Below, one piece after another: positions 53,496-63,542 of a DNA stretch of 64,000 bases. Under the pieces are notes generated by a model, which did no database searches, was not told the origin of the DNA, and saw only the letters and a list, made by a program, of their open reading frames with translations. The stretch comes from Spirochaetota bacterium (GTDB lineage Bacteria > Spirochaetota > UBA4802 > UBA5550), in NCBI GenBank assembly GCA_041737965.1, contig JBGSQT010000005.1, positions 30,272 through 94,271 of the forward strand, written 5' to 3'. How positions within the stretch are numbered: the stretch's first letter is position 1; each line of letters begins with the position of its first letter. Position numbers and translations under genes: made by a program.

Positions 53496-55508
53496 ATGTT
53501 TGAATACCTTTTCAGTCCCATAGTCATCAACAAGACCGAGGTGAAAAACCGCATCGCCTACCCGTCCCTGGGGCTTCTCTATTCCATGGACGGAAAGCTG
53601 AATGACCGGTACGTCAGCTTTTACCGGGAACGAGCCATGGGCGGCGCCGGCATCGTCACCGTGGGGCCGGTGGGATTCGACATCGTCGGGAGCGGCCCCG
53701 TGGCCCTTCAGATAGGCACGGACGAGGCGATCGGGGATTTTAAAAAAGTGACGAGGGCGATCAAAGACGGCGGGGCGCTTTCGTGGATACAGCTTTACCA
53801 CGCAGGGGCCTATTCGTATTCAAAACACATGGGAGGCCCGGACCCGGTGGCGCCTTCGGCCGTATACTCGAAATATTCGAAGCTGGTCCCCCGGGAGATG
53901 ACGCCCGAGGACATCCGGGAGACCCAGCGGGGTTTCGTCGACGCCGCGGTGAGGGCCCGGGAGGCGGGATTCGACGGGGTCGAAATAATCGGGTCCGCCG
54001 GGTACCTCATCACCCAGTTTTTATCGCCCCTCAAGAACCTGCGCACCGACGAGTACGGGGGGAGCTTTGAGAACAGGGTGCGTTTCGCAAGGGAGATAAT
54101 CGAGATGATGCGTCAGGCCCTGGGGCCGGATTACCCTTTATCGATACGCATGGCGGGAAACGATTTCGTGCAGGGGAGCAATACCGATTCCGAAACCCCG
54201 GCTTTCGCCCGGGTATACGAAAAGGCGGGGATAAACCTCATCAACGTGACCGGCGGATGGCACGAGTCGCACATACCCCAGCTTCCGATGGAACTCCCCC
54301 GCGGCGCCCTGGCGTACCTGGCCATGAACGTAAAGCGCGAGGTCACCGTGCCGGTGATGGCGTCCAACCGCATCGCCGACCCGTGGACCGCCGAGGAGAT
54401 GATCCGGGACGACATCGCGGACATGGTGAACCTGGGCCGCGTGCTCATCGCCGATCCGGAATGGCCGGTAAAGGCGCGGGAGGGGAGGGTCGACGAGATC
54501 CGGCCCTGCATTGCCTGCTCGCAGGGGTGCACGGACAGGCTCTTCAGCGCCCAGCCGGTGATATGCCTGGCCAACGCAAGGGCCGGATACGAGGGTGAGC
54601 GGATCATCGTGCAGGCGCGGAAGCCGAAGCGGGTGATGGTGGTGGGCGCCGGACCCGGAGGGCTCGAAGCCGCGGTGCGCGCGGCGGAATCGGGGCACGA
54701 AGTTGAGCTGTACGAGAAGAAAGAGGACATCGGCGGTCAGCTCTGGATCGCAGGGACGCCGCCGAACAAGCAGGAAATATGGGAACTGGTCCGCTACTAC
54801 GACACCATGCTGGAAAAGTACGATATCGGCGTGATGCTGGAAAAGGAAGTGGACCTGGATTTTATCATGGAGAGGAACCCGGATTACCTGATACTGGCAG
54901 AGGGGGCGGAGCCGATGAAGCCGCCAATACCGGGAATCGACGGGGCGGGTGTGCTTTCCGCCTGGGACGTGCTCAAGGACGATCCGAAACTCGGCAGGAG
55001 GGTCGCGGTGATCGGCGGCGGAGCGGTGGGGCTCGAGACCGCGATGTTCGTGGCGGCCAAAGGGACCCTCTCGCCGGAAGCGCTCCATTTCCTTTTCATG
55101 TACGAGGCGGAAAGGGTTGAAAGGCTGAGAGAGCTGACGGTGAAGGGGAACAAGGAGGTCACCGTGTTTGAAATGCTTCCGAAAGTCGGCGGCGGCGTGG
55201 GGCGTTCCACCAGATGGATACTTCTTGGAAACGTCGACCGGTACGGAATCACCACCATACCGGGGGCAAAAGTGCAGTCCATAGACGGGGCGACAATTTC
55301 ATTTGACCGAGGAAAAGGAGCCGAACGGATGGAATTCGACTCGGTGATCAACGCGGTGGGATCGCGCCCGGTGAGAAAGCTTTCCGACGCGGCGGATTCG
55401 CTCGGCATTCCCTACTCGGTGATCGGCGACAGCGTGAGGCCGGCGCAGATCATCGACGCGGTGCACGAGGCGTTTCTGGCGGTGATGAAACTGAACGAGT
55501 CATGCTGA
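53496..55508 (+). CDS. Old-Yellow-Enzyme-family NADH:flavin oxidoreductase fused to FAD/NAD(P)-binding domain (2,4-dienoyl-CoA reductase FadH-like)
   Basis: N-terminal OYE TIM-barrel motifs (NRIAYPSLG...GFDGVEIIGSAGYLITQFLSP), Fe-S linker IRPCIACSQGC, and Rossmann motifs VMVVGAGPGGLEAA and VAVIGGGAVGLE; 670 aa. Confidence 0.9.
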   Translation: MFEYLFSPIVINKTEVKNRIAYPSLGLLYSMDGKLNDRYVSFYRERAMGGAGIVTVGPVGFDIVGSGPVALQIGTDEAIGDFKKVTRAIKDGGALSWIQLYHAGAYSYSKHMGGPDPVAPSAVYSKYSKLVPREMTPEDIRETQRGFVDAAVRAREAGFDGVEIIGSAGYLITQFLSPLKNLRTDEYGGSFENRVRFAREIIEMMRQALGPDYPLSIRMAGNDFVQGSNTDSETPAFARVYEKAGINLINVTGGWHESHIPQLPMELPRGALAYLAMNVKREVTVPVMASNRIADPWTAEEMIRDDIADMVNLGRVLIADPEWPVKAREGRVDEIRPCIACSQGCTDRLFSAQPVICLANARAGYEGERIIVQARKPKRVMVVGAGPGGLEAAVRAAESGHEVELYEKKEDIGGQLWIAGTPPNKQEIWELVRYYDTMLEKYDIGVMLEKEVDLDFIMERNPDYLILAEGAEPMKPPIPGIDGAGVLSAWDVLKDDPKLGRRVAVIGGGAVGLETAMFVAAKGTLSPEALHFLFMYEAERVERLRELTVKGNKEVTVFEMLPKVGGGVGRSTRWILLGNVDRYGITTIPGAKVQSIDGATISFDRGKGAERMEFDSVINAVGSRPVRKLSDAADSLGIPYSVIGDSVRPAQIIDAVHEAFLAVMKLNESC

Positions 55509-55638
55509 CCGGTGAAAATCTGCCTTGTGAGCCGTGCCGCGCTGAAGGCTGACCGCATGCCGCCGCCCACTCTGCACGGAGCGGCCGGGACATGCAAAAA
55601 AACGTCAAAAAAATTTTCTTGCGAAGATATAAAAAATG

Positions 55639-55668
55639 TTGACACGCGGCCGTTATATTAGGTATGTT
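55639..55668 (+). promoter_or_regulatory. sigma-70-like promoter (TTGACA-18-TATGTT) of feoAB
   Basis: TTGACA at 55639-55644 and TATGTT at 55663-55668, followed by an AT-rich tract TTTAATAATATTTCTAATA that matches 11/19 of the Fur-box consensus (weak). Confidence 0.35.
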
Positions 55669-55720
55669 TAATAATATTTCTAATAGCTAATTTTGAGCTG
55701 AAATTATTTTGTAAAATCAT

Positions 55721-55972
55721 ATGTTTACCCAGACAAAAAATGCGCTGAAACGGCTTGCCGATTGCGGTACTGCTGAAAAAGTGAAAATCGTCGCCATCGA
55801 CGCGGGGAAAGGCGCGGAAAGGAACCTGCACAGCCTCGGGCTCCATCCTGGCAATATCGTCTCGGTGGTGCGCAAATCGCAGATGGGCGGCCCGATCGTC
55901 ATCGAGATCAGGAGCACTGAGATCGCCATAGGCCGCGGCCTCGCAAAGAAGATCGTAGTGGAAGAGGCGTAA
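55721..55972 (+). CDS. feoA: ferrous iron transport protein A
   Basis: 83 aa. An SH3-like FeoA pattern, KIVAIDAGKGAERNLHSLGLHPGNIVSVV...IVIEIRSTEIAIGRGLAKKI. Confidence 0.88.
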   Translation: MFTQTKNALKRLADCGTAEKVKIVAIDAGKGAERNLHSLGLHPGNIVSVVRKSQMGGPIVIEIRSTEIAIGRGLAKKIVVEEA

Positions 55973-55975
55973 TTA

Positions 55976-57913
55976 TTGGAATTCATTCTGGTTGGCCAGC
56001 CCAACAGCGGCAAAAGCACCATATTCAACTCCGTCGTAGGATATAAATCAATTTCATCGAATTTTCCCGGCGTCACGGTTTCCTATACCAGGGGCGATGT
56101 CTGCTGTGAAGACGAAAAAATCGAGGTGATAGACATCCCCGGCACCTATTCCCTCCAGGCCACGGACGAGGCGGAGATGGAGGCGGTGCGGTACATCTAT
56201 GACCTCCCGGCGGACTCGGTGCTGGTGAACGTCATCGACGCCTCGGTCCTTTCACGGAGCCTCGAACTGACGCTGCAGCTCATGGAACTCCGCCGCCCCA
56301 TGGTCGTGGTCCTCAATATGATCGATGAGGCGGAGAAAAAGGGGATAGAGATTTCTGAAACGGCGCTGGCCGGCATACTCGGCGTGCCGGTGGTGAAGTC
56401 GGCGGGGCATAAGGGAATCGGCGTGGCGGAAATATTCAAAGAGGCCTACCGCGCGGGAAACGAAGGAATCGTCCCGGAAGTCATTCTGGGGCCGGGGGAG
56501 ATCGAGGCCCCTGTCCGGAAACTCGAAAGGCTTTTGAAAGACAGGGGGGTGCCGGAACGGTGGGACCGGCGATTCGTCTCGCTGCGAATGATGGAGCGGG
56601 ACCCCATCGTCGAGGCTGCGGTCCGTCGCCTGATGGGAAAAAATGAATGGAAACAGTTGGAGGCGCTGCTGGAGGACCTGGGGAAGCGGCACACTGGAGG
56701 ATCTGAATATCTGGTGTCGTCCTACCGGCACAATATGGCCTTCACCATATTTGAAAGGACCGCCAGGGTCAGGCAGACGCACACGGCGGACGTGCGCGGC
56801 AGGATCGACGGCGTGCTCATGCACCCGGTGATGGGATTTATATTCATGGCCGGAATGCTGTACGGGGCCTTCTGGGCGATATCAGCCTTTGCCGGCGTGG
56901 TGGACCCGCCGATAATGGCCGCCTTCAGCTGGATGTTTCATAGGACCGTTGACTTCATGGGGGCGGGCTCCTTTTTCGAGCCGGTGGCTAAGGGCCTCTT
57001 CGAAGGTCTCGGCGGTGGCGTGTCCATCGCCTTATCATTTCTGGTGCCTTTTTTTCTCTTTCTGGCATTTCTCGAAGACACCGGGTACCTTTCGCGCATC
57101 GCCTTTCTCACCGACAACCTCATGCACCGCATCGGCCTGCACGGCCTCTCCGTGGTGCCGCTGATCCTGGGATACGGGTGCAACGTGCCGGCGATTTTCG
57201 CGACCCGCATACTCAAGTCGCCGAGGGACAGGTTTATCACCGCGACGCTGGCAACACTGGTGCCGTGTTCTGCCCGCATGGTGATAATACTGGGACTGGT
57301 GGGGGCGCTCTTTTCAATGAAGGCGGTGGCGGTGATCTACGTCACCAGCGTTCTCGTGATGGGGGTGGTCGGGAAGATTTTGTCCGGGGCGATGCCTGCG
57401 GTGAGCCCGGGACTACTCATGGAGGTGCCGAAGTACCATATTCCCGGACTGAAGGCGCTTGCCGGAAAGACCTGGCTCAGGATGAAGGAGTTCGTGTACA
57501 TGGCGATACCCTTTCTGGTGGCCGGTAGCATCGTGCTTGAGCTGATAACCCATTACGGGATAGGGGGAGTCATCAACCGGATTCTGGCCCCCTTTACCTC
57601 CGGTCTTCTGGGGTTGCCGGCCGCGGCCGGCGTGGTGCTGCTTTTCGGCATACTGAGAAAGGAGCTCGCGCTCCTGCTACTGCTGGCCGCGATGGGCGCC
57701 TCCAACGCCGCCGACCTTTTGCGGGTGATGACGCCGGTGCAGGTGTATACGTTCACCGTCTTCGCGAGCTTTTACATACCCTGCCTGGCAACGGTGGCCA
57801 CCATCGCGAAGGTCTTTAACTGGCGTTCCGCTCTTCTTATCAGCCTCATGACCTTCGTTATCGCGATTCTGCTTTCCCTGTCTGTTCGGGGAGCTTTTTT
57901 CATTTTTCAATAA
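55976..57913 (+). CDS. feoB: ferrous iron transport protein B
   Basis: G-domain LVGQPNSGKSTIFN...DIPGTYSL followed by a polytopic membrane domain; 645 aa; TTG start 3 nt after the feoA stop. Confidence 0.95.
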   Translation: MEFILVGQPNSGKSTIFNSVVGYKSISSNFPGVTVSYTRGDVCCEDEKIEVIDIPGTYSLQATDEAEMEAVRYIYDLPADSVLVNVIDASVLSRSLELTLQLMELRRPMVVVLNMIDEAEKKGIEISETALAGILGVPVVKSAGHKGIGVAEIFKEAYRAGNEGIVPEVILGPGEIEAPVRKLERLLKDRGVPERWDRRFVSLRMMERDPIVEAAVRRLMGKNEWKQLEALLEDLGKRHTGGSEYLVSSYRHNMAFTIFERTARVRQTHTADVRGRIDGVLMHPVMGFIFMAGMLYGAFWAISAFAGVVDPPIMAAFSWMFHRTVDFMGAGSFFEPVAKGLFEGLGGGVSIALSFLVPFFLFLAFLEDTGYLSRIAFLTDNLMHRIGLHGLSVVPLILGYGCNVPAIFATRILKSPRDRFITATLATLVPCSARMVIILGLVGALFSMKAVAVIYVTSVLVMGVVGKILSGAMPAVSPGLLMEVPKYHIPGLKALAGKTWLRMKEFVYMAIPFLVAGSIVLELITHYGIGGVINRILAPFTSGLLGLPAAAGVVLLFGILRKELALLLLLAAMGASNAADLLRVMTPVQVYTFTVFASFYIPCLATVATIAKVFNWRSALLISLMTFVIAILLSLSVRGAFFIFQ

Positions 57914-58000
57914 GACCGGCCTTTCGGCTGTCATGAAAAAAAATCGGCAGCCACCAAAAGTGATTGCCCTCCCGATGAATGGGGTGCATCATTATTTTCA

Positions 58001-58996
58001 ATGAAATTATTTTTGACACTCTCCGTTATATGCGCGTTGCTCTTTCAGTTTCATGAATTACAGGGGCAGGGCATAGATAACTATCAAAAGTATCTCGCCA
58101 TTGCCGTGCCGGAACCGGCACGCCGGGCATCAATCGTATTGAGAAAATTCACCGACAGCGGTACTGTAAAATATTTGATGGTCGATCCCGGCAATCTCGC
58201 CACCTCAATCGCGCGTGGAGATGCGGCAACCGTCACTCCGGATTCATGGGAAAACATACTGAAACGGTTCCAAGATACTCCGTACATCAAGGCAATCAAC
58301 GAGTCGTATAAAAACGCCGATCGGATCCAGGACGCGGGTATCACGCATTTCTCCTCTATCGAAAGGGGGGCCGCCCTTACGGTCGATTTATGCCCTTCCA
58401 AAAGGCCCCTTGACCGGGTCCTGTTTGCAAAACTGATAGATGAATTCGGCAAGGAGGAAAAACCGGTACCGGTCGCCCTGTCGGTAACCGGCGTCTGGAT
58501 AAACTCGCATGAAAATGACATGAAATGGCTGATCGGGCTGGCCGCCAAAAAATACATAGCCATAACCTGGGTCAATCATTCCTATAACCACAAGACGCGC
58601 AGAGGTATTCCGTTGAGGCAGAATTTTCTGCTGGAAAAAGGCACTGATTTAAACGGCGAAGTGCTTCGAACGGAAATAAAAATGATACAGGAAGGCGTCG
58701 TGCCGTCGCCATTTTTCCGGTTCCCCGGTCTTGTATCGGACAGGGAAATCTTCAGGAAAATAATCGAATTCGGGTTGATTCCCCTGGGGAGCGACGCGTG
58801 GCTCGGGAAAAATCAATGGCCGAAAAACGGCAGCATAATACTGCTGCACGGGAACGGCAACGAGCCGGTCGGCATTATCCGGTTTTTCAAATTGCTCGCG
58901 GATGAACAGCCCGACATCAGGAAAAAAAGATGGCTTCTGTATGATTTAAGGGAAAGTGTCGAGGACTATGAGGAAGCCGGTACCGGCGGTAAGTAG
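58001..58996 (+). CDS. secreted polysaccharide deacetylase (NodB-homology)-like protein
   Basis: Signal peptide MKLFLTLSVICALLF. ALTVDLCP, WVNHSYNH (HSxxH) and IILLHGNG resemble NodB motifs 1, 2 and 5. Assignment from memory. Confidence 0.65.
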   Translation: MKLFLTLSVICALLFQFHELQGQGIDNYQKYLAIAVPEPARRASIVLRKFTDSGTVKYLMVDPGNLATSIARGDAATVTPDSWENILKRFQDTPYIKAINESYKNADRIQDAGITHFSSIERGAALTVDLCPSKRPLDRVLFAKLIDEFGKEEKPVPVALSVTGVWINSHENDMKWLIGLAAKKYIAITWVNHSYNHKTRRGIPLRQNFLLEKGTDLNGEVLRTEIKMIQEGVVPSPFFRFPGLVSDREIFRKIIEFGLIPLGSDAWLGKNQWPKNGSIILLHGNGNEPVGIIRFFKLLADEQPDIRKKRWLLYDLRESVEDYEEAGTGGK

Positions 58997-59361
58997 ACCG
59001 GGAGGATCGGTTGCGGCAGATCAGGGGTTTCTGAACTCATTATTTTTTTCCCTCAGCGGCAACAATCAGCACCGCCAGACCGTCGTGATCCCCTGAAGAA
59101 TACGTGTCATCGCCGATGAAGTTGTTATTCAGGTTGATAAATCCGTGTATTTTGTAATCGGTATTGCCGTCAAGATTCCAGGCGAGGGCGTCTCGTGCCT
59201 GATTGTATGCCCGGACCGTTTTCTCCAGCGGGTTTTTCCTGAATTGGCTTATTGACTTCCAATACGGAATTTTTCCGCGGATGAGTATCCGGTATCGCGA
59301 CGCATGAAGATAAATTTTTTAATTCCAAGTCGCTTGACAATATATAGAGCCGTAGTATCAA

Positions 59362-60531
59362 ATGAGTACAACACTATTTCTGGAACACGCTATGAATGAC
59401 AACAGACCGATACGGATCGCCGTCAACTGCAGGGTCCTGAACGAACGCCGGGGCGGTCCGGCGCGCTACACAATGAACGTCATCAGGGAGCTTTCGAGGA
59501 TCGACAGGAGGAATTTCTACACGCTCATCGTGTATGACAATGTTGATCTGGATTTTCCGCTTCCTGAAAATTTTTCAATCAAAAAGTTCGGCATCAGGTC
59601 GAAGATCCTTTTCGACTATATCATACTCCCGGTGTATTCGTATTTCCGCAGTTTCGACATTTTCCTTTTTCCGAAAAACACGTTCTCGCCTCTCATTCGA
59701 GGCAAAAAGATTCCGGTGTACCACGACATCATCTATTTCGAGAAGATCGGGTTCCGCGAATTCAAATTTTTCGACAACCTCCATCACACGGTGATGATAC
59801 CGGTGGCGGCGAAATTCGCCGCGGTCAACCTTACCGTGTCGGACTTCACCGCCTCCAGGATGAGGGAGCTTCTCGGCATACCGGAGGAGAGGATCGCGGT
59901 CATTAAGGAGGGGGTCGAACCGAAATTCAGGAAAATCCGAAACCGGGCGTTTCTGGAAAAGGTGAAAAAACGGCACGGCATTGATAAAAAGTTCTTTTTC
60001 TATTCGGGGTCCCTGAGTCCGAGGAAGAACATCATCGGCGTTCTCAGGGCCTTCGGAAAGGTGAAGGACAGCATCCCGCACGATATTTTCATCACCGGCG
60101 GGGATTCCTGGCTTGATTCGGAGGTGACGGCCCTCATTGCGGAGAGCGGGTTTCAGGAAAGGGTGCACAGGCTCGGGTATATCGACGACGAGGAGCTGGT
60201 GGCCTTTTACAATCTCGCCGACTGCTATCTGTATCCTTCCCTGTACGAGGGTTTCGGCCTGCCGATTCTCGAAGCCCAGCGGTGCGGGTGTCCGGTCATC
60301 ACCTCCAATGTCTCAAGCTGTCCTGAAGTGGCGGGGGAGGGGGCGATGTATGTGGACCCTTACAGCGTTGACGAGCTGGCCGGAGCGATGCTCGCCGTGG
60401 CCGGGGACGGGAAACTGCGCAGACGCCTTGTCAAAAAAGGGGACGCAAACTGCGCCCGTTTCACCTGGAAACACACCGCGTCGGGCATCCTGGCGCTCAT
60501 GGAACGGGTGCACCGCGGCGATCATTTCTGA
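59362..60531 (+). CDS. glycosyltransferase family 1 (GT4-type)
   Basis: C-terminal EGFGLPILEAQRCGCPVITSNVSSCPEVAG motif; 389 aa. The start may be ATG 59392 (MNDNRPIRIAV), since a TTGACA-16-TATCAA promoter abuts 59362. Confidence 0.9.
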   Translation: MSTTLFLEHAMNDNRPIRIAVNCRVLNERRGGPARYTMNVIRELSRIDRRNFYTLIVYDNVDLDFPLPENFSIKKFGIRSKILFDYIILPVYSYFRSFDIFLFPKNTFSPLIRGKKIPVYHDIIYFEKIGFREFKFFDNLHHTVMIPVAAKFAAVNLTVSDFTASRMRELLGIPEERIAVIKEGVEPKFRKIRNRAFLEKVKKRHGIDKKFFFYSGSLSPRKNIIGVLRAFGKVKDSIPHDIFITGGDSWLDSEVTALIAESGFQERVHRLGYIDDEELVAFYNLADCYLYPSLYEGFGLPILEAQRCGCPVITSNVSSCPEVAGEGAMYVDPYSVDELAGAMLAVAGDGKLRRRLVKKGDANCARFTWKHTASGILALMERVHRGDHF

Positions 60532-61265
60532 AAAAAGAGGACCACTCCGCGATAGCCGTAATTATCGGTGAAGGTGGCGTGCACCGACCCGATCTCTTCC
60601 TCCTGAAGTATCCGGTACAGTTCGTTAAGGTCGTACTCGTTCATCTGCATCGCCGGCTGATTGAAGGGCCTCCCTTTCAGCAGGTTGATCATGTTCTGCG
60701 CCAGGGGGACGCGGATGCGGATCCAGTTGAAGAAACGGAACACCGCGGATTTATTGCTGGAATAGGTGAACTGGAGCGCCGCGATCCCCCCTCTGTTCAG
60801 CTTGCGTATCATCCGCCTGAACACCGCCTCCCCCCTGTGGACCGGCATGTGCTGGAACACGATGAAGGAGTTTATGAAATCGAAATTCCCCGGCGCCGCC
60901 GACAGGGTGTCGTCGGAGCGTTCGAAGGCGATATTTTTTTTCCCTGCCTCTTTCGCGTTTCTCCGCGCTTCCTCGATCATTGCCTGAGAAATATCGAGCC
61001 CTACCGTCTCCTTTGACCGCGCGGCGATGGGGATGGTAAGGCGTCCGACGCCGCTTCCGAAATCGAGCGACCGTTTCGGCCTGAATTTCGGGTTGAACCG
61101 GGAGGCTATGACATCGAAGAGGAATGACACGTAGTCGTCCCCGGTTTTAAAAAAATCCTTTTTTGTCTCCCCGATTTTGCCCTTTTTGTATTTTTCTTCG
61201 GTGAGGACCGCGTAATAGGCGTCCTCCTGCCCGAAATGCTCCCAGTCCCTGTCTGTATCAGCCAT
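60522..61265 (-). CDS. class I SAM-dependent methyltransferase
   Basis: SLDFGSGVGRLTIPIAARSKETVGLDIS (motif I and post-I). Start taken at ATG 61265 (GGAGGAG 8 nt upstream). The 3' end overlaps the convergent GT gene by 10 nt. Confidence 0.88.
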   Translation of the reverse strand: MADTDRDWEHFGQEDAYYAVLTEEKYKKGKIGETKKDFFKTGDDYVSFLFDVIASRFNPKFRPKRSLDFGSGVGRLTIPIAARSKETVGLDISQAMIEEARRNAKEAGKKNIAFERSDDTLSAAPGNFDFINSFIVFQHMPVHRGEAVFRRMIRKLNRGGIAALQFTYSSNKSAVFRFFNWIRIRVPLAQNMINLLKGRPFNQPAMQMNEYDLNELYRILQEEEIGSVHATFTDNYGYRGVVLFFQK

Positions 61266-61453
61266 ATAGGATGCTCCTCCGGTATTTCGCATGTTTCTGT
61301 TGTACAGAGAACACGGATCGGACGGGATGTCAATGAATATACTCGGTGGAGGTGCGCGAAGAATTCACACCACCCATAAAATGCTTGCGTTTTTGTATGG
61401 ATCGCAATAATTCCAATTGAGACCACAAGTGATTTTTTGACGAGATAAACGAA

Positions 61454-62263
61454 ATGGAAGACCCTGGAGTGCACCGTAAGGATATCGGGAGAGTGGCGGT
61501 CCTGACCATACACAATCCGGAACGCCGCAATGCCTTTAACGAAGCCATGTGGGACAGTCTGGAAAAGGCGGCCGCTGATCTCAGGGCGCGCATGCCCCGG
61601 GTTGTCGTGATTACCGGCGCAGGGGAAAGCGCTTTTTCAGCAGGTTTCAACGTGAACCCGGACAATCCCCAGGTGTCGCGTCTCGCCGAGGCGGTGATGA
61701 AAAAGGAGGTGGAACCGGTACGGCAACTGATTCGAAGAATCAGGGGCGCCGTGGACGGTCTCGTGTCCCTGCCGGTCCCGGTCATCGCCGCGGTCAACGG
61801 CATCGCCTACGGCGGCGGGGCGGAGCTGGCGTCGCGGTGCGACATGAGAATCATGGACCCGGAGGCGGAAGTCTGCTTTTCCGAAGTGCGCCTGGGCCTT
61901 ATGCCGGACTGGGGCGGCACCGCCGCCCTGTCGCGCATTGTGGGCCGCGCCGCCGCGACGGAAATGGTGCTGTCGGCGGGAAAGTATTCCGCATCGGAAT
62001 GCCTGCGGTCCGGCTTTGCCAACAGGGTGAGCGCGCCCGGTAAATGCCTGGAAGAGGCTCTGACCCTGGCGGAGAAGATAGCCGCAAACGGCCCCCGCGC
62101 GGTGAGAAGCGCGCTCCGTGTAATCCGTCAGTCGGGGGACCTGCCCATGGACCGGGCTCTTGACCTGGAAAGCGAAGAGGCGGTAACGCTTATAGCCTCG
62201 GGAGAGTGCTATCACGGCATTGCCGCCTTTCTTGCCAAAAAGGAACCGGAATTCCCGGACTGA
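61454..62263 (+). CDS. enoyl-CoA hydratase/isomerase (crotonase) family protein
   Basis: VVVITGAGESAFSAGFNV...AAVNGIAYGGGAELASRCDMRI oxyanion-hole motifs; 269 aa. Confidence 0.92.
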   Translation: MEDPGVHRKDIGRVAVLTIHNPERRNAFNEAMWDSLEKAAADLRARMPRVVVITGAGESAFSAGFNVNPDNPQVSRLAEAVMKKEVEPVRQLIRRIRGAVDGLVSLPVPVIAAVNGIAYGGGAELASRCDMRIMDPEAEVCFSEVRLGLMPDWGGTAALSRIVGRAAATEMVLSAGKYSASECLRSGFANRVSAPGKCLEEALTLAEKIAANGPRAVRSALRVIRQSGDLPMDRALDLESEEAVTLIASGECYHGIAAFLAKKEPEFPD

Positions 62264-62294
62264 TGAGGCTCCGGAAATTCCGTTCCGGCGTCAT

Positions 62295-63455
62295 TTAATC
62301 GACGTCAAAACAGCCTATATTTCTCGAGATCACGATACGCTGGACCTCGGAGGTGCCCTCTCCGATTGTCAGCAGCTTGTAATCGCGGTAGAACCTCTCC
62401 ACATTGTACTCCTTCATGAGGCCGTACCCTCCGTGGAGCTGGACCGCTTCGTCCACCACGCGCCCCATCACCTCCGAGCAGTAGAGCTTTGCCATGGCCG
62501 CCTCCTTCCCGAAGGGCATCCCTGCGTCCTTCATCCTGCACGCCTTGTAGAGCAGGTTTCTGGCCGCCTCGATTTCCGTGGCCATGTCCGCGAGTTTGAA
62601 TGAGTTCACCTGGAACGTGGAGATGGGCCTCCCGAACTGTTTGCGCTCCTTTGAGTATTTCAGCGCCAGTTCATAGGCCCCCTGGGCGCCGCCGAGACCC
62701 ATGGCCGCGATGGCAAGCCTGCCGTTGTCCAGGGTCTGAAGCATCTGGTGGAAGCCCTCGCCACGTTTACCCAGTATGTTCTCCTCAGGGACCCGGCAGT
62801 CGTCGAAATACAGCTCACCGGTGTCGGAGGCGCGCCACATCATTTTCTTTGTCATTTTTTTCGCGGTGAAGCCCGGGGTGCCGTTGGGCACCAGGATGCA
62901 GGATATCTCCTTTTTCCCGTCCGGGGTCTTGCCCGTCACCGCCTGTACCGTGCACACGCCGGCCATTTTGTTCGTGGAATTGGTGATGAAGATCTTGCTG
63001 CCGTTGATGACCCATTCGCCTTTTTCAAGCACCGCGCCGGTTTTGCTCGCCCCTGCGTCGGAACCGGCTTCCGCCTCAGTCAGCCCGAAGGACCCCAGAA
63101 TCTCCCCCGTGCAGAGCCGGGGCAGCCATTGCTCCTTCTGTTTTTTACTGCCGTAGTAATAGATGGGTCCGATGCCGAGTGAGTTGCCCGCGGCCACCGT
63201 GGCCCCCTGGGAGCCGTCGATGCGGCAGATCTCCTCAACCGCCACGATGTAGGAGAGGTAATCCATGCCGGCCCCGCCGTATTCTTCCGGTACGTAGATG
63301 CCGAAAAGGCCCAGATCGGCCATCTTTTTCGTCAGTTCGTATGAAAACTCCTCTTTCTCATCCAGCTCCTGCGCCACAGGCGCGATCTCTTTTTCCGCGA
63401 ACTCTCGAAGGTTGTACCGGAGCATTTTTTGCTCGTCATTCAACCAGAAGTCCAT
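62295..63455 (-). CDS. acyl-CoA dehydrogenase
   Basis: 386 aa. [50 protein letters not shown] with the catalytic Glu. Confidence 0.95.
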   Translation of the reverse strand: [386 protein letters not shown]

Positions 63456-63542
63456 ATCTCATCCTCCCAAAAGTCTTTTTTTTTGTTTCAATGACCAATA
63501 TCAGGATGACCCCAGCGGGGCCATCCTGCCGGCCGGGAGTAT

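Noticed and set aside
52424-53554. 376-aa ORF antisense to the second NMO/FabK gene. Similar long antisense ORFs lie at 6167-7165 (pyrC), 31150-32205 (AsmA / hypothetical), 23349-24356 (xseA), 54138-55088 (FadH-like) and 2092-2931 (TSUP/MCP)
   Set aside because: Each is opposite, or out of frame with, a gene with clear family motifs. Compositions are Arg/Pro/Gly/His-rich and no motifs are present.
55665-55690. Fur box upstream of feoAB
   Set aside because: The best alignment (TTTAATAATATTTCTAATA) matches only 11/19 of GATAATGATAATCATTATC in generally AT-rich DNA. That is not distinguishable from background without a PWM calibrated on this genome.
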